This document shows positions 46,520 through 57,059 of a stretch of DNA of 64,000 nucleotides, in pieces. The stretch is from an uncultured Methanosarcinales archaeon (lineage in GTDB: Archaea; Nanobdellota; Nanobdellia; Woesearchaeales; ARS49). Every line of letters begins with the position of its first letter. Positions within the stretch are counted from its first letter, which is position 1. The notes beneath the pieces are model-generated. The model saw nothing but the letters and a program-made list of their open reading frames with translations. It was not told where the DNA came from and did not search any database. The stretch spans positions 1,528-65,527 of the forward strand of contig CAYUPS010000003.1 in the NCBI GenBank assembly GCA_964445485.1, given 5' to 3'. Position numbers and translations under genes: made by a program.

Positions 46520-49500
46520 ATGGGCCCCCGCGCGAAGGTACTGATAGCACTCGCATTCCTTGTCCTTGCGCTCGCGCTCTCGTCGGTCTCGGCCGCGGCG
46601 TGCCACTGCGGCGCGTGCTGGTGCGGCATCTCCTTCAACAACGCGCAGCCGCCCGCCTCCTGCCAGCAGAACGTCACGCCCGGCGTCACGACCTTCGATT
46701 GCCAGACCTGGGGCCCTGTCAAATACGGCGATCCCGGCTCGTGGTACTCTATCGGCTTCAATCCCGGCGGCAACAAGTGCTACACCTGGCACTTCATGAA
46801 CTACTGCGGCAACATCAAGAGCGGCAGCGTCATCATCAACATCGACGATCCCGGCGGCGGCATCCTCGCCGACGCGAAAGGCCGCATCGTCTCGATGGTC
46901 AGCGGCCCCGCCACGCTCACTGTCAAGAAAGACGGCACGACCGTCGGCCAGATCAGCGGCGCCGGCGGCCCCACCGCGCCGAACCAGAACACCACGCCGA
47001 ATTTCACACTCGCGCCGGGCATCAACTCATTCACGTTCGACAACACCGCGGGCTGCACCACGATCAGCAACCCGATGAAAAGCTGCTTCCTCGTCCAGTA
47101 CCGCTACAAGATCGTGCGCGACATCGACTACAGCGAAGAGCTGTGCAAAGGCGTCGGCGGCGATTGGTATGAAGACGCAGAGCCCGGACGCGGCTGCTGC
47201 GGCGACGACGATCCCGGCGATTTCATGCTCATGAGCAACCAGGGCCTGTGCGTCAAGACCAATGCGGGTTGGCGCTGGGCAGCGCCGCCACGAGGAGGGC
47301 AGGTGCTCCACATCACTCCGCCCACGGGCGGCGCCGCTGTCGGCGACGATGCGGTCTACACCGATGACGGCCCGCGCGTGTGCGTGCGCAACATCACGCC
47401 GCTCATGCGCTTCGCCAACTACTCAGGCCTCGGCGTGAGCAACGTCAGCGGCCCGCGGGTCCCCGCCAACCTCACCACCGGCTTCTTCACGACGGCCAAC
47501 GGCACCAAGCACGGCGCGATCTGCCACAGGAGCGGCGCGACCGACTTCATCATCGAAGAATGCCCCGGCGCGGAAGGCCCCGTGACGCAGATCGCCGCGA
47601 GCGGCGCCGGCCGCATCGCGCAGGTCGGTTTCAAGCGCCTCTCCGACGGACCTCTCGGCGACGGCAAGAACCATTACTGCGCCAACGACGGCACGTGGAC
47701 GACAGACCTCGACATCAAGGATGAAGTGTCCTGCACGCGCGCAGGCAATGTCTGGACCGGCACGAAATGCTGCTCGGAGGACGACGACCCCGACGAGTCC
47801 TACAATGACCTGCGCGAGGGAACGCCGCAATATCCCGATTACATCCCGCCCGGCGCGACGGCGAGCCTCACCGGCATCGTGCGCTCAGGCAGCATCGGCA
47901 GCCCCGGCGGCACGCCTCCCCCGTGCGGGCCCGGCTACACCGACAGCGGCGTCATGACCGACTCGTTCCTCACCGCGGCTCCCGTCGAGCAACGCCACAG
48001 GCTCTGCCTCGCCGGCGTCGGGGGCAGCATCGTCACGCAAGGCCTCGGCAGCACGCGCCCGACAGACGCGCAAGCCCAATCGCAAGTCCCCGCCTGCCCC
48101 TCCGGCGCGAGCGCGGGCATCATCATCGACACTGCCGGCCTCCCCGGCTCGCAGTCATTCACCGGCTACCGCATCTGCCTCTCGCGGAATGTCGGCACGC
48201 TGCTCGAAGGCGCCGAGGACATCGAGACGTCCGCATTCGCGCCCGACTGCCCCGGCGGCAGCTCGAGCGGCGGTTCGTTCAAGGATCGCGTCTCCCCCGG
48301 CCGCGCACGCGCCTACCGTCTCTGCCTCACGCCCGAGCAGAACATGACTCCCTCGCAGGGCCCCGCGCAGCAGGGATCCATCGGAGGCTGCTTCCGCAAA
48401 GGCTTCGCAGGCACGGGCGCGCTGATCGTCAACAGCACCGGCCTCAATTATATGGGCAAATTCTGGGGCTGCCTCGTCAGCAACAACACCTTCCTCGGCA
48501 TCCAGGACTACCACGCCGGCGGCCCGCTGCTCACTGAGCGCGGCGCATGCCAGCCCGCCTTCCAGGACGCGTTCGGCCCCGGCCTGCACGCGCGCTGCAG
48601 CGCACGCGGCGTGTGGCAGCAATCGCTCTCTCTCGACACGACCGTGCAGAAGGACGCGCCGTTCACCGTCAGCGCCGCGCACCCGAACCAGGGCCTTGCG
48701 CAGTCTGACTGCTGCGCGGCCAGCGAGTGCTGGAGCGGGTCGGCATGCGTGCCCGACGGCGGCTACAGCAGCATCCGCGAGAGCACGACGGGATACCGCT
48801 GCGACGGCGGCAACTGGACAGTCGTGCCCATCAAGTTCAGCCCTGATTACCGCAGCAGCGGGTTCTGCCGGCGCGAGACGCAATGCCTCGTCAACGACGC
48901 CTTCAACCCCGATCTCGACGATGACCCTGCCGCGTTCTTCACCGGCGCATTCAGCCGCGAGAAGCCAAAGTGCATCGCGAGCGGCCAGTACATCAAGGAC
49001 AATTACTGCGACGGCGGGCTGTGGACGAGCAGGACCAAGCTGCTCGCGCTCTCGCTCGCGGGCCTCGCCGAGAACGTCTCGGCGCAGAACTACACGGTCT
49101 ACTGCGATGAATACAAAGAGGTGCTCAACCGCTTCTCGTACCTCGCGGACTTCGGCCTCGTCGAGGATTACCTCGCGCAGGACTGCCCGATCGGGCGCGC
49201 GACCCACGAGTGCGTCAGCAAGGTGTGCGCGCTTGAGTTCCGCGGCGGCGTGGCCGTCGGCGGCGTGCTGAACGCGGCCGTCGGCGGCAGCAAGTCGTTC
49301 CTGCGCGCGCTCAACGTCAGCCCTGCATCCTGCGACAGCGTTCCTTCGGGAGCCGGTTTCGGCGCGTGCGCGCCCGTCGACAGCGCGTCGCTCTTTTACG
49401 ACCGCGACCTGAACCTCGCGGTGTTCGTGCGCGGCGGCGGCTCGGTCCCCGTGCCCGCGCAGATCCCCTCGCCCCTCTCAGCGCCGCTGAGCGCATTGCA

Positions 49501-49864
49501 GCAGTACGTGCGCACGAGCGTGCATGCGGATTCGCCCCTCGCGCGCAACTACGCGTTCTTCGAGAGATTGCCCTTGCTTGATCGTCTCTATTTCGCGTCC
49601 AAGGGCAGCAGGCAGATCTTCGCGTTCTTCGAGACGGACAAGGGCGCGCAGAACACGACCGGCGTGGACTACATCGGCGCGGATTACAAGGGTTTCGAGA
49701 TCCCGCAGCGCCTGTGCGATGATGTCCTCGTGAAGGTCGACAGCAGGGCCGTGTGCGCCGAGCAGCCGCCTCTGGACTTCTTCGCGGTCGCCAAGCGCAC
49801 CCCGGACAAACCGGGCATCGGGCTGCTGTGGAAAGACCTGACCGCCAAGCTGCGCCCCCGATAA
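46520..49864 (+). CDS. Large secreted Cys-rich surface protein (1114 aa)
   Basis: Signal peptide MGPRAKVLIALAFLVLALALSSVSA; CCGDDD and CCSEDDD motifs; internal triple repeat. Confidence 0.85.
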   Translation: MGPRAKVLIALAFLVLALALSSVSAAACHCGACWCGISFNNAQPPASCQQNVTPGVTTFDCQTWGPVKYGDPGSWYSIGFNPGGNKCYTWHFMNYCGNIKSGSVIINIDDPGGGILADAKGRIVSMVSGPATLTVKKDGTTVGQISGAGGPTAPNQNTTPNFTLAPGINSFTFDNTAGCTTISNPMKSCFLVQYRYKIVRDIDYSEELCKGVGGDWYEDAEPGRGCCGDDDPGDFMLMSNQGLCVKTNAGWRWAAPPRGGQVLHITPPTGGAAVGDDAVYTDDGPRVCVRNITPLMRFANYSGLGVSNVSGPRVPANLTTGFFTTANGTKHGAICHRSGATDFIIEECPGAEGPVTQIAASGAGRIAQVGFKRLSDGPLGDGKNHYCANDGTWTTDLDIKDEVSCTRAGNVWTGTKCCSEDDDPDESYNDLREGTPQYPDYIPPGATASLTGIVRSGSIGSPGGTPPPCGPGYTDSGVMTDSFLTAAPVEQRHRLCLAGVGGSIVTQGLGSTRPTDAQAQSQVPACPSGASAGIIIDTAGLPGSQSFTGYRICLSRNVGTLLEGAEDIETSAFAPDCPGGSSSGGSFKDRVSPGRARAYRLCLTPEQNMTPSQGPAQQGSIGGCFRKGFAGTGALIVNSTGLNYMGKFWGCLVSNNTFLGIQDYHAGGPLLTERGACQPAFQDAFGPGLHARCSARGVWQQSLSLDTTVQKDAPFTVSAAHPNQGLAQSDCCAASECWSGSACVPDGGYSSIRESTTGYRCDGGNWTVVPIKFSPDYRSSGFCRRETQCLVNDAFNPDLDDDPAAFFTGAFSREKPKCIASGQYIKDNYCDGGLWTSRTKLLALSLAGLAENVSAQNYTVYCDEYKEVLNRFSYLADFGLVEDYLAQDCPIGRATHECVSKVCALEFRGGVAVGGVLNAAVGGSKSFLRALNVSPASCDSVPSGAGFGACAPVDSASLFYDRDLNLAVFVRGGGSVPVPAQIPSPLSAPLSALQQYVRTSVHADSPLARNYAFFERLPLLDRLYFASKGSRQIFAFFETDKGAQNTTGVDYIGADYKGFEIPQRLCDDVLVKVDSRAVCAEQPPLDFFAVAKRTPDKPGIGLLWKDLTAKLRPR

Positions 49865-49983
49865 GCGCCTTCTCGTCGAGACGCATCGAAAGATTAAAAA
49901 GGGGGAATGCCTCGCGTGAGGGTGATGGTCGGCCCTCTACTATCTATATGCGCGGCGGGATGGGCCCAGAGTCACAATGGCAC

Positions 49984-51477
49984 ATGAGACAGGCACAGAT
50001 AACTCTGTTCATCATCCTCGGCCTAGTGCTCCTGCTGGCGGTGGCCATCGCGGTCTACGTCCTGTCCAGCCAGGAAGGCGGTGATCAGGGCGTGCGCAGC
50101 AGCACCATACGGCAGGAAGTCATCAAGCCGGTCGAGCGGTACGTCACCGAATGCCTCAGCCTCGTCTCCAACGCAGGCATGCTGCTCCTCGCAGAGCAAG
50201 GCGGCACGATCACGCGCAGCCAAGGCGGCATCTCCCCCGATTTCCTCCCGGACCAGGAAGGCGAGCGCTACGTGCTCACCGACGAAGGAGCGAACGTCAC
50301 GTACCTGCTCAGGACAGACCCCTCCTTCACCATGGCCCTCGAGACTGCGCCGTTCATCTCCAGCAGCCCCACGCTCGAGCGGCACAGCCAGCTCGTGTAT
50401 CCCTACATGACATTCCCATTCAATCCCATCCAGCCCGTGCCGCAGTTCAGCATGAGCGGCCTCTTCGGGTGGAACCGCATCCAGCCGCTCGAGCACGGCA
50501 ATGACACCCCCGAGAGCTGGCAGGAGACCCTCGAGGCATACGTGAGCGCCAACGTGCAGCGCTGCGTCAACTGGGAACTGCTCGCCGGCACGCGCCGCAT
50601 CATCGCCCCCGACGAGCCTGCCGTGCGCGTCTCGTTCGGCAGGTCCGACACGACATTCCGCATGGCATGGCCGATCGTCGCCACCGAGATATCGACAGGC
50701 GCCACAGCGACCGTCAAGGACTTCAGCGTCACGCAGCCCGTCCGCCTCGCCTCCATCTACCAATCCATCCGCAGCATGCTCGACAAGGATGCGAGCGAGC
50801 TCCTCTACCGCGTCAAGGCAGAGCCGGGCGTGCGCGTCCAGCACGTGACACGCGACGGCAAATCCCACGGCTCGCTCGTGCACCTCACCGACACGCTCTC
50901 CTCCGTCGGCGATGAGCGGTACGTCATGACCTTCGCCCGCCACAACCGCCCGCCCGCACTCCTCGCCATCAACCAGACACTCCTTGACCAGCCCGACGCC
51001 TTCCTCGGCGACTGCCGCGACACCATCATCGGCTTCTCGCAGGGCGCGCGCGACTGCCCCGATGCGGAAGCACGGCTGGGCAGCAACGGCTGCCAGACAC
51101 CCAGCGGACCCGCCCCCGGCTGCGCAGACGATTCCCTCCAGTGCAGGGGCCTCGCGCTCGCACGCGACCTCGGCCAGGACAGCACGGCATTCGCCCTCAC
51201 CATCCGCGGCGGCGTGCACGGCGACGGCGAGCCCTGCGGCATCGACATCCGCCTCCCCCTCTTCGCCGTCGATCCCGACGAGCAATCAGTCCTGTTCCAG
51301 TTCGACTTCCCGCCCAACGTGCAAGGAGGCTACCGCGTCACCACCGACGATCTGGCGCGGCGCTGCCTCGGCGTCAAGGCAGTCGCCACCGACGGCACTG
51401 CCAAGGACTGGCAGGTCGCGCGCATCTGGACCAGCGGCCGCGACGAAGCGAGCTGCAGCTTTTTCACGATCAACTGA
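49984..51477 (+). CDS. Large pilin-like protein (class III signal RQA|QITLF)
   Basis: MRQAQITLFIILGLVLLLAV; V..YV..CL motif. Confidence 0.8.
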   Translation: MRQAQITLFIILGLVLLLAVAIAVYVLSSQEGGDQGVRSSTIRQEVIKPVERYVTECLSLVSNAGMLLLAEQGGTITRSQGGISPDFLPDQEGERYVLTDEGANVTYLLRTDPSFTMALETAPFISSSPTLERHSQLVYPYMTFPFNPIQPVPQFSMSGLFGWNRIQPLEHGNDTPESWQETLEAYVSANVQRCVNWELLAGTRRIIAPDEPAVRVSFGRSDTTFRMAWPIVATEISTGATATVKDFSVTQPVRLASIYQSIRSMLDKDASELLYRVKAEPGVRVQHVTRDGKSHGSLVHLTDTLSSVGDERYVMTFARHNRPPALLAINQTLLDQPDAFLGDCRDTIIGFSQGARDCPDAEARLGSNGCQTPSGPAPGCADDSLQCRGLALARDLGQDSTAFALTIRGGVHGDGEPCGIDIRLPLFAVDPDEQSVLFQFDFPPNVQGGYRVTTDDLARRCLGVKAVATDGTAKDWQVARIWTSGRDEASCSFFTIN

Positions 51478-51486
51478 GGAACACGC

Positions 51487-54400
51487 ATGAGGACACACGC
51501 GCTCATCGGCATCATCGCGCTCATCCTCTTCGCCCTCCCCGCCCTCGCCCAATCAGGCGCCACCGGCTGCTGCTGCGACAGCGCAGGCGACGCGCAGACA
51601 GGCAGCCTTCAGGCGCAATCCCAGTGCGACACCGCGCACCCCGTCTTCCTCACCGTCACCGCGCAGGACCTCTTCGGCGTCAGCGCAGAGGACCAGGCAG
51701 TGTTCTGCGACGCCAAATGCGCCCAGAACGCAGGCGTCACCCCTGAGCGGTGCGGCGACGGCGATATCCAGCCGCCTGAGCAGTGCGACGACGGCAACAC
51801 CGACAGCGGCGACGGCTGCAGCGCCACCTGCCTCGATGAAGGCGGACCCGTCAGCGTCGGCTGCGACGCGCCCGGCGCCGCCCCTGCCGTGCAGTCCCTG
51901 GCCGCGCGCCCCGTGCGCGGCGATAGGCGCATCCGCCTCACCTTCACCGTGCCGTGCGCCGCAGACTACCTCAACGTCTCGCGATGCACCGGCGCAGGAT
52001 GCACCAACTTCACCCTCATCGCGCTCCTGCCCAGCACCGGCATCTATGAGGACATCGATCCCGCGCTCGAATGGGGCAGGAACTACACATACAAGATCAC
52101 CGCGCGCTACCGCACCACCGGCGACAGCCCCGCAGCCACCGCCCTGGCGAGCCCCGGCGACATCGAATGCTGGGGCCGCACGGACACGAACCGATTCTGC
52201 CTCGGCTACAACTTCTACGAAGGCTTCCGCGACTACCTCCAGCAATTCGGCTACCTCCACTTCCCGCGCCAGGACTTCATCGCGGACTTCCGCGCCGCCG
52301 CGACCGCAGTCTTCGGCAACAGGTTCGGCCGCGACACATGGTGCGACGACCTCAACCGCGTCCAGGCTCCCACCGTGCAATGCCTCAACGGCAGCGTGTG
52401 CATCACCAACGGCGTCACCAGCCGCTGCCAGACCACCGGGCCGTGCGACACGGGCGGCGACCCGTTCAGCATGTTCTTCAGCGCAGCGAGCTGCGAAGCG
52501 AACGCGAGCGGACCGAAGTACTGCTTCTTCGACCGCTCCCGCAGCAGCATCAACGACTGCTACCAGTGCAACCCCCGCATGAGCTGCTATGACTACAAGA
52601 CGCGCAGGTCATGCGAAGCAGACAACTGCGGCGCCGGCGCGTGCCAGTGGCGCCCCACATTCGACCTCCTGGGCCTCGGCGTGTGCATCGACACGCGCAT
52701 CAACAACTGCCCCTTCTGCCACACGGGCGGCAGCGGCTTCGTCCGCACCGTCAACAGCACCAGCCGTGTCTTCGACGGGTGCTCCGCGAGCAAGGCCGCA
52801 GCGCTCTCCACGCCGCAATATCCCTGCTTCGTGCGCCAGGCGCCCAACGGCACGCCCGAAGGCAACTCGTGCGACACCGCCATCTGCCCTGACTTCGACA
52901 TCGACAGGTGCGGCACGCCCGCCGGCGGCATCCGTCTCGATACCGACAATCGGGTCATCACGCGCTCGGCCGATCCGTGCGGCATCGGCATCTGCCACTA
53001 CACCGCCGCGACCGGCTGCATCAAGAACGGCGACGGCAACGACCCCTTCCAGATAGGCTGGCAGGACTGCGCCGCCGGCGATACGCGCTGCGAGCGCGAC
53101 TACCTCCCGCCCGAGACCCTCATGGTCGCCGTCGGCGCGAGCGGCCGTCACGACAACCTCTTCATCCAGATCAACGACAAGACAGAGCGCAACGGCAGCC
53201 TCAAGGTCATCCCTGCCGGCGCGCCCAACTACACCACGAGCTTCTGCATCGCCGCCGTCGGCCAGACCTGCGCCAACTACAGCATCACCGTCAACGTCTC
53301 GGCAGTCCGCATCAAGGACCTGACATTGCGCGTTGGCAACCGCACCGTCGCCCGCCTCCCCTCCCAAGGCACGTACGTCGCGCGCTACACCAGCAAAGAT
53401 GCCGCGAAGAACATCGAGGCCGTGCAGAACGCCACGTTCCGCGTGTGCAACAACTGCTCCCCGCCCATCTGCTCCGGCCCGAACGTCACGCCAGGCAGGC
53501 AGTTCGGCAACCAGCTCTTCGCCCGCAGCGCGCAGCCCCAACTGAGCATCGACTGCGGCGAGCCCGTCAACGTCACCCTCGCGTCTGTCGTGCGCGGCGG
53601 CTTCCTCGTCAACCTCACCAAGCTCGACCCGCCGTTCAGCACGGACGCGCCGCGCTTCGGCACGCCCACCGCCTTGGCGGACAACATGTACAACTACACC
53701 ATCAACGCGCACGACAACAAGACGCTCTACCTCGACACGCCGCTGCAGGGCACGCTCGTGATCGACACCGTGCCGCCCACTGTCGTCATCTCGCCCGCCG
53801 ACGGGTCCGCGTTCGACCGCAACAGCGTCGACATCACGCTCAACTTCAGCGAGAAGGTCATCATCGACTCGCTGGAGCTCGCCGAGGAGGTGTTCATCTC
53901 GCCGTTCGTCAAGAACGCCACCATCATCGACCTGCTCAACATCACCAAGACCCGCGACAACCAATCCTACACCGTCCAGTCCCGCAGCCTCCAGGCGGGC
54001 AGGCACGTGCTGCGCGTGCGCGCAGGCGACTTCGCCGGCAACGAGATCACCGCCCTGTCCGCGTTCTACATCGCCACCGCGCCCACCAGCATCCGCCTCG
54101 CCTACCCCCGCTTCGGCGTCGCGCCCGCCTTCACCTTCAACGTGACCGTCGAGACCAGCAACCCCGCCGAGTGCCGCTACAGCTTCAACACACCCTCGGC
54201 GCCCAGCGCGGCCAGCTTCATCTTCCTGCCCGCCATGAGCAACACCAGCCCGAGCCTGCATGTCATCCGCGACTTCCGCGGCATCCCGCCAGGCGACTTC
54301 AGCGAGCACCCCCTGCACGTGCTGTGCAAGGACCGCATCGGCACCAGCGTCAAGTCATTCACGCTGCGCGTCGACAACACCCCGCCCACGATCATCTCGG

Positions 54401-56541
54401 CGGACGCGAGCCCCAACCCCGTCGTCGAGCGCGCCCTGCCCGAGCAGGACCTCTTCGCCACCAACCTGCGCGTGCAATTGAGCGAGCAGGGCTTCTGCAA
54501 GCACAGCGAGAACAGCACCGATCCCGACCGCATGACGCCGTTCCCCGGCTACGAGACAGACCCGCGCACCGGCCTCATCGCCCCCTACAACCTCACCTCT
54601 CTCGGCACGCACACCATCCACATCGTCTGCGAGAACATCGCAGGCCTGCGCGCCCCCCTGCGGGATGTGAGCGTCGGCGTCGACCTCAACGCGCCCTTCA
54701 CCATCACGCGCGTCACGCCGCCCGTCGTCAACGACACGCGATTCACCCTCGCCGTGGACACGAACAAGAAAGCCCTGTGCTATTTCGGCGAGACCAACAC
54801 GTCCATCACCACATGCTTCGGCGACTGCTCCTTCAGCAACTCCCATGCCCAGCAGGTCACCATCCCTGACGAAGGCATGAGCGCCACGTTCTGGGTCAAG
54901 TGCTCCGCCGCCAGCGGCGAAGAGGGCATGATCGCGGTCGATGTCATCGTCGATGATATCCCGCCCACCGTGACGTTCGTCAACGACAGCAGCAACTACA
55001 AGCCCAACCGGGAGCTCTCCTACTTCACCGACCAGATCCGCGTCGCCGTGACCGGCAACGACACGGGCAGCGGCATCTCGCAGTACCGCCTCAGCGTGCT
55101 CGAGAAGCAGTCCCGCGCCGAAGTCCTCAACGCCACCAGCCCCGTCACCGACGGGTCCTTCGTGTGGCTCAATAAAGGCGGCGCGCCCTTCCTCCGGAAC
55201 GGCACCGCCTACATCATCAGCGCCATCGCCGTCGACGCGGGAGGCCTCGAGAGCTTCCCCAAGGAGAGCGACGGCGTCACCATCGACACGTCGCTGCGCC
55301 CGCCCTTCTGCGACAACGAGGTCTTCGACCCCGAGAACGAGACCGACGTGGACTGCGGCGGCGTGTGCGGCAACAAGTGCGGCACGGACCAGGCATGCGA
55401 TGTGGCCACCGACTGCGCCTCAGGAATCTGCCAAGGCGGCAGGTGCGCCGCGCCCTCCTGCGACGACACCGTCCTCTCCCCCAACCACGAGAGCGATGTC
55501 GGCTGCGGCAAATCATGCCCCGACTGCAAGGACGGCAAGAAATGCTCGCAGGACAACGACTGCGAGAGCGACTCGTGCCGCAACGGCGTCTGCGCCCCCG
55601 CCGGTCCCTGCGACGACAAGAAGATCACGCCCGGCTCGAGCGAGACAGACGTAGACTGCGGCGGATCCTGCCCTGGCTGCAGGGAAAGCAAGAGCTGCCG
55701 CTCCGAAGCGGACTGCCAGCTCGACCTCTTCTGCATCGACTTCCGCTGCACGCTCGCCAACGACGAAGACGGCGACGGCGTGCCTGACGATTACGACAAG
55801 TGCCCCGGCACTGCCCTGAGCGCGACAGTCAACCGCGACGGCTGCAGCGATGCGCAGCTGGACGCTGATGGCGATGGCATGCCCAACGACTGGGAGATCC
55901 AGTACGGCCTCGATCCCAACGACGCGTCCGACGCCGCAGGCGACCCGGACGACGACGGCCTGACCAACCTCCAGGAATACCGCTACCGCACCGACCCGAC
56001 CAACTGGGACACGGACGGCGACCGCTGGAGCGACGGCGACGAGATCGACGAGGGCACCGACCCTCTCGACCCCGAGAGCCACCCCGAGAGCCTCTGGCCC
56101 CTCATCCTCCTCATCCTGCTCGTCCTCATCGGCATCGGCGCGCTCGGCTACGTGTACTACCGGCACCGGCAGGACTTGGCGGCCAAGCTCGCCAAGAAGC
56201 CCGCCGCAAAGCCAGTCTACAAGCCGGCGCCCAAGAAGATCTCCCCCGAGGCAAAGGCGCGCCTGAGCGACTTCGCCCGCAAGGAGCACCTGCCCGGAGG
56301 GTACACCGCGCTGGAGCTCGTCGCCGACCTGGTCAAGCGCGGCGTCATCAAGGCAGGCGACATCCCTGAGAGCCTGCGCCGCAAGCTCGAAGCGCTCGCG
56401 CGCGGCGAGCTCGCCGAAGTGGACATCATGGAGCTCATACGGATACTCTCCAAGGATCCGCTCCTGTGGGAGAAGCTCCGCAAGATCGTGCAGCGCGAGA
56501 GGGCCGCCTACACCGCGAGGCAGGCGGCGAAGGGACGATGA
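51487..56541 (+). CDS. Giant Cys-rich, calcium-binding, membrane-anchored adhesin-like protein (1684 aa)
   Basis: Signal peptide; CGDG...CDDGN..SGDGC repeat; Ig/FN3-like D..PP modules; three E(T/S)DVxCG repeats; DxDGDG repeats; C-terminal TM plus cytoplasmic tail. Confidence 0.9.
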   Translation: MRTHALIGIIALILFALPALAQSGATGCCCDSAGDAQTGSLQAQSQCDTAHPVFLTVTAQDLFGVSAEDQAVFCDAKCAQNAGVTPERCGDGDIQPPEQCDDGNTDSGDGCSATCLDEGGPVSVGCDAPGAAPAVQSLAARPVRGDRRIRLTFTVPCAADYLNVSRCTGAGCTNFTLIALLPSTGIYEDIDPALEWGRNYTYKITARYRTTGDSPAATALASPGDIECWGRTDTNRFCLGYNFYEGFRDYLQQFGYLHFPRQDFIADFRAAATAVFGNRFGRDTWCDDLNRVQAPTVQCLNGSVCITNGVTSRCQTTGPCDTGGDPFSMFFSAASCEANASGPKYCFFDRSRSSINDCYQCNPRMSCYDYKTRRSCEADNCGAGACQWRPTFDLLGLGVCIDTRINNCPFCHTGGSGFVRTVNSTSRVFDGCSASKAAALSTPQYPCFVRQAPNGTPEGNSCDTAICPDFDIDRCGTPAGGIRLDTDNRVITRSADPCGIGICHYTAATGCIKNGDGNDPFQIGWQDCAAGDTRCERDYLPPETLMVAVGASGRHDNLFIQINDKTERNGSLKVIPAGAPNYTTSFCIAAVGQTCANYSITVNVSAVRIKDLTLRVGNRTVARLPSQGTYVARYTSKDAAKNIEAVQNATFRVCNNCSPPICSGPNVTPGRQFGNQLFARSAQPQLSIDCGEPVNVTLASVVRGGFLVNLTKLDPPFSTDAPRFGTPTALADNMYNYTINAHDNKTLYLDTPLQGTLVIDTVPPTVVISPADGSAFDRNSVDITLNFSEKVIIDSLELAEEVFISPFVKNATIIDLLNITKTRDNQSYTVQSRSLQAGRHVLRVRAGDFAGNEITALSAFYIATAPTSIRLAYPRFGVAPAFTFNVTVETSNPAECRYSFNTPSAPSAASFIFLPAMSNTSPSLHVIRDFRGIPPGDFSEHPLHVLCKDRIGTSVKSFTLRVDNTPPTIISADASPNPVVERALPEQDLFATNLRVQLSEQGFCKHSENSTDPDRMTPFPGYETDPRTGLIAPYNLTSLGTHTIHIVCENIAGLRAPLRDVSVGVDLNAPFTITRVTPPVVNDTRFTLAVDTNKKALCYFGETNTSITTCFGDCSFSNSHAQQVTIPDEGMSATFWVKCSAASGEEGMIAVDVIVDDIPPTVTFVNDSSNYKPNRELSYFTDQIRVAVTGNDTGSGISQYRLSVLEKQSRAEVLNATSPVTDGSFVWLNKGGAPFLRNGTAYIISAIAVDAGGLESFPKESDGVTIDTSLRPPFCDNEVFDPENETDVDCGGVCGNKCGTDQACDVATDCASGICQGGRCAAPSCDDTVLSPNHESDVGCGKSCPDCKDGKKCSQDNDCESDSCRNGVCAPAGPCDDKKITPGSSETDVDCGGSCPGCRESKSCRSEADCQLDLFCIDFRCTLANDEDGDGVPDDYDKCPGTALSATVNRDGCSDAQLDADGDGMPNDWEIQYGLDPNDASDAAGDPDDDGLTNLQEYRYRTDPTNWDTDGDRWSDGDEIDEGTDPLDPESHPESLWPLILLILLVLIGIGALGYVYYRHRQDLAAKLAKKPAAKPVYKPAPKKISPEAKARLSDFARKEHLPGGYTALELVADLVKRGVIKAGDIPESLRRKLEALARGELAEVDIMELIRILSKDPLLWEKLRKIVQRERAAYTARQAAKGR

Positions 56542-57059
56542 ACCGCAAAGGCATGGACCTCCAGCAGGTCCTCATCTTCATCGTCGCCGCAGTCGTGCTC
56601 ACGCTCACGCTCTATTTCGGGTACAAGGCAGTCGTGAGCCTCTCCCAGAGCACCGAGGACATCCAGGTCGCCAAGTTCAAGCAGACTTTCGAGACCGCGC
56701 TCTCGCGCGTGCGGTCCAAATCCACCGGCAGCGTCGAGACAGTCAGCATCGGCCTCCCGTCCAAGTACACGGAAGTGTGCATCCTTCCATCGACGGAGCA
56801 GGTCGTGGACCTCCCTGCGCTCGCGTCATCGCGGCCGCTCATGCACCGCACGTGGATCACGGGCAACGAGAACATCGTGCTCACGCCGCCCGCGCGCATC
56901 GCCATCAGCACAGGCTACATCGACGTTCCTGATGATATCGACGAGGACCGCTACTGCTGCCTCGACAACCCTGGCAGCGTGCGGTTGCGCCTCGAGTCGC
57001 GGCCGGGAGCCGTCGCCGTGGGCCCCGCGAGGCCGGACATAGACCCATGCCTCGACTAG
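56538..57059 (+). CDS. Pilin-like protein (NRKG|MDLQ)
   Basis: Short basic leader, Gly, hydrophobic helix; ATGA overlap. Confidence 0.8.
   Translation: MNRKGMDLQQVLIFIVAAVVLTLTLYFGYKAVVSLSQSTEDIQVAKFKQTFETALSRVRSKSTGSVETVSIGLPSKYTEVCILPSTEQVVDLPALASSRPLMHRTWITGNENIVLTPPARIAISTGYIDVPDDIDEDRYCCLDNPGSVRLRLESRPGAVAVGPARPDIDPCLD

Noticed and set aside
55300-56080. Repetitive DNA as a possible CRISPR or tandem array
   Set aside because: The repeats are in-frame protein repeats; no constant repeat-spacer pattern or cas genes were seen anywhere in the window
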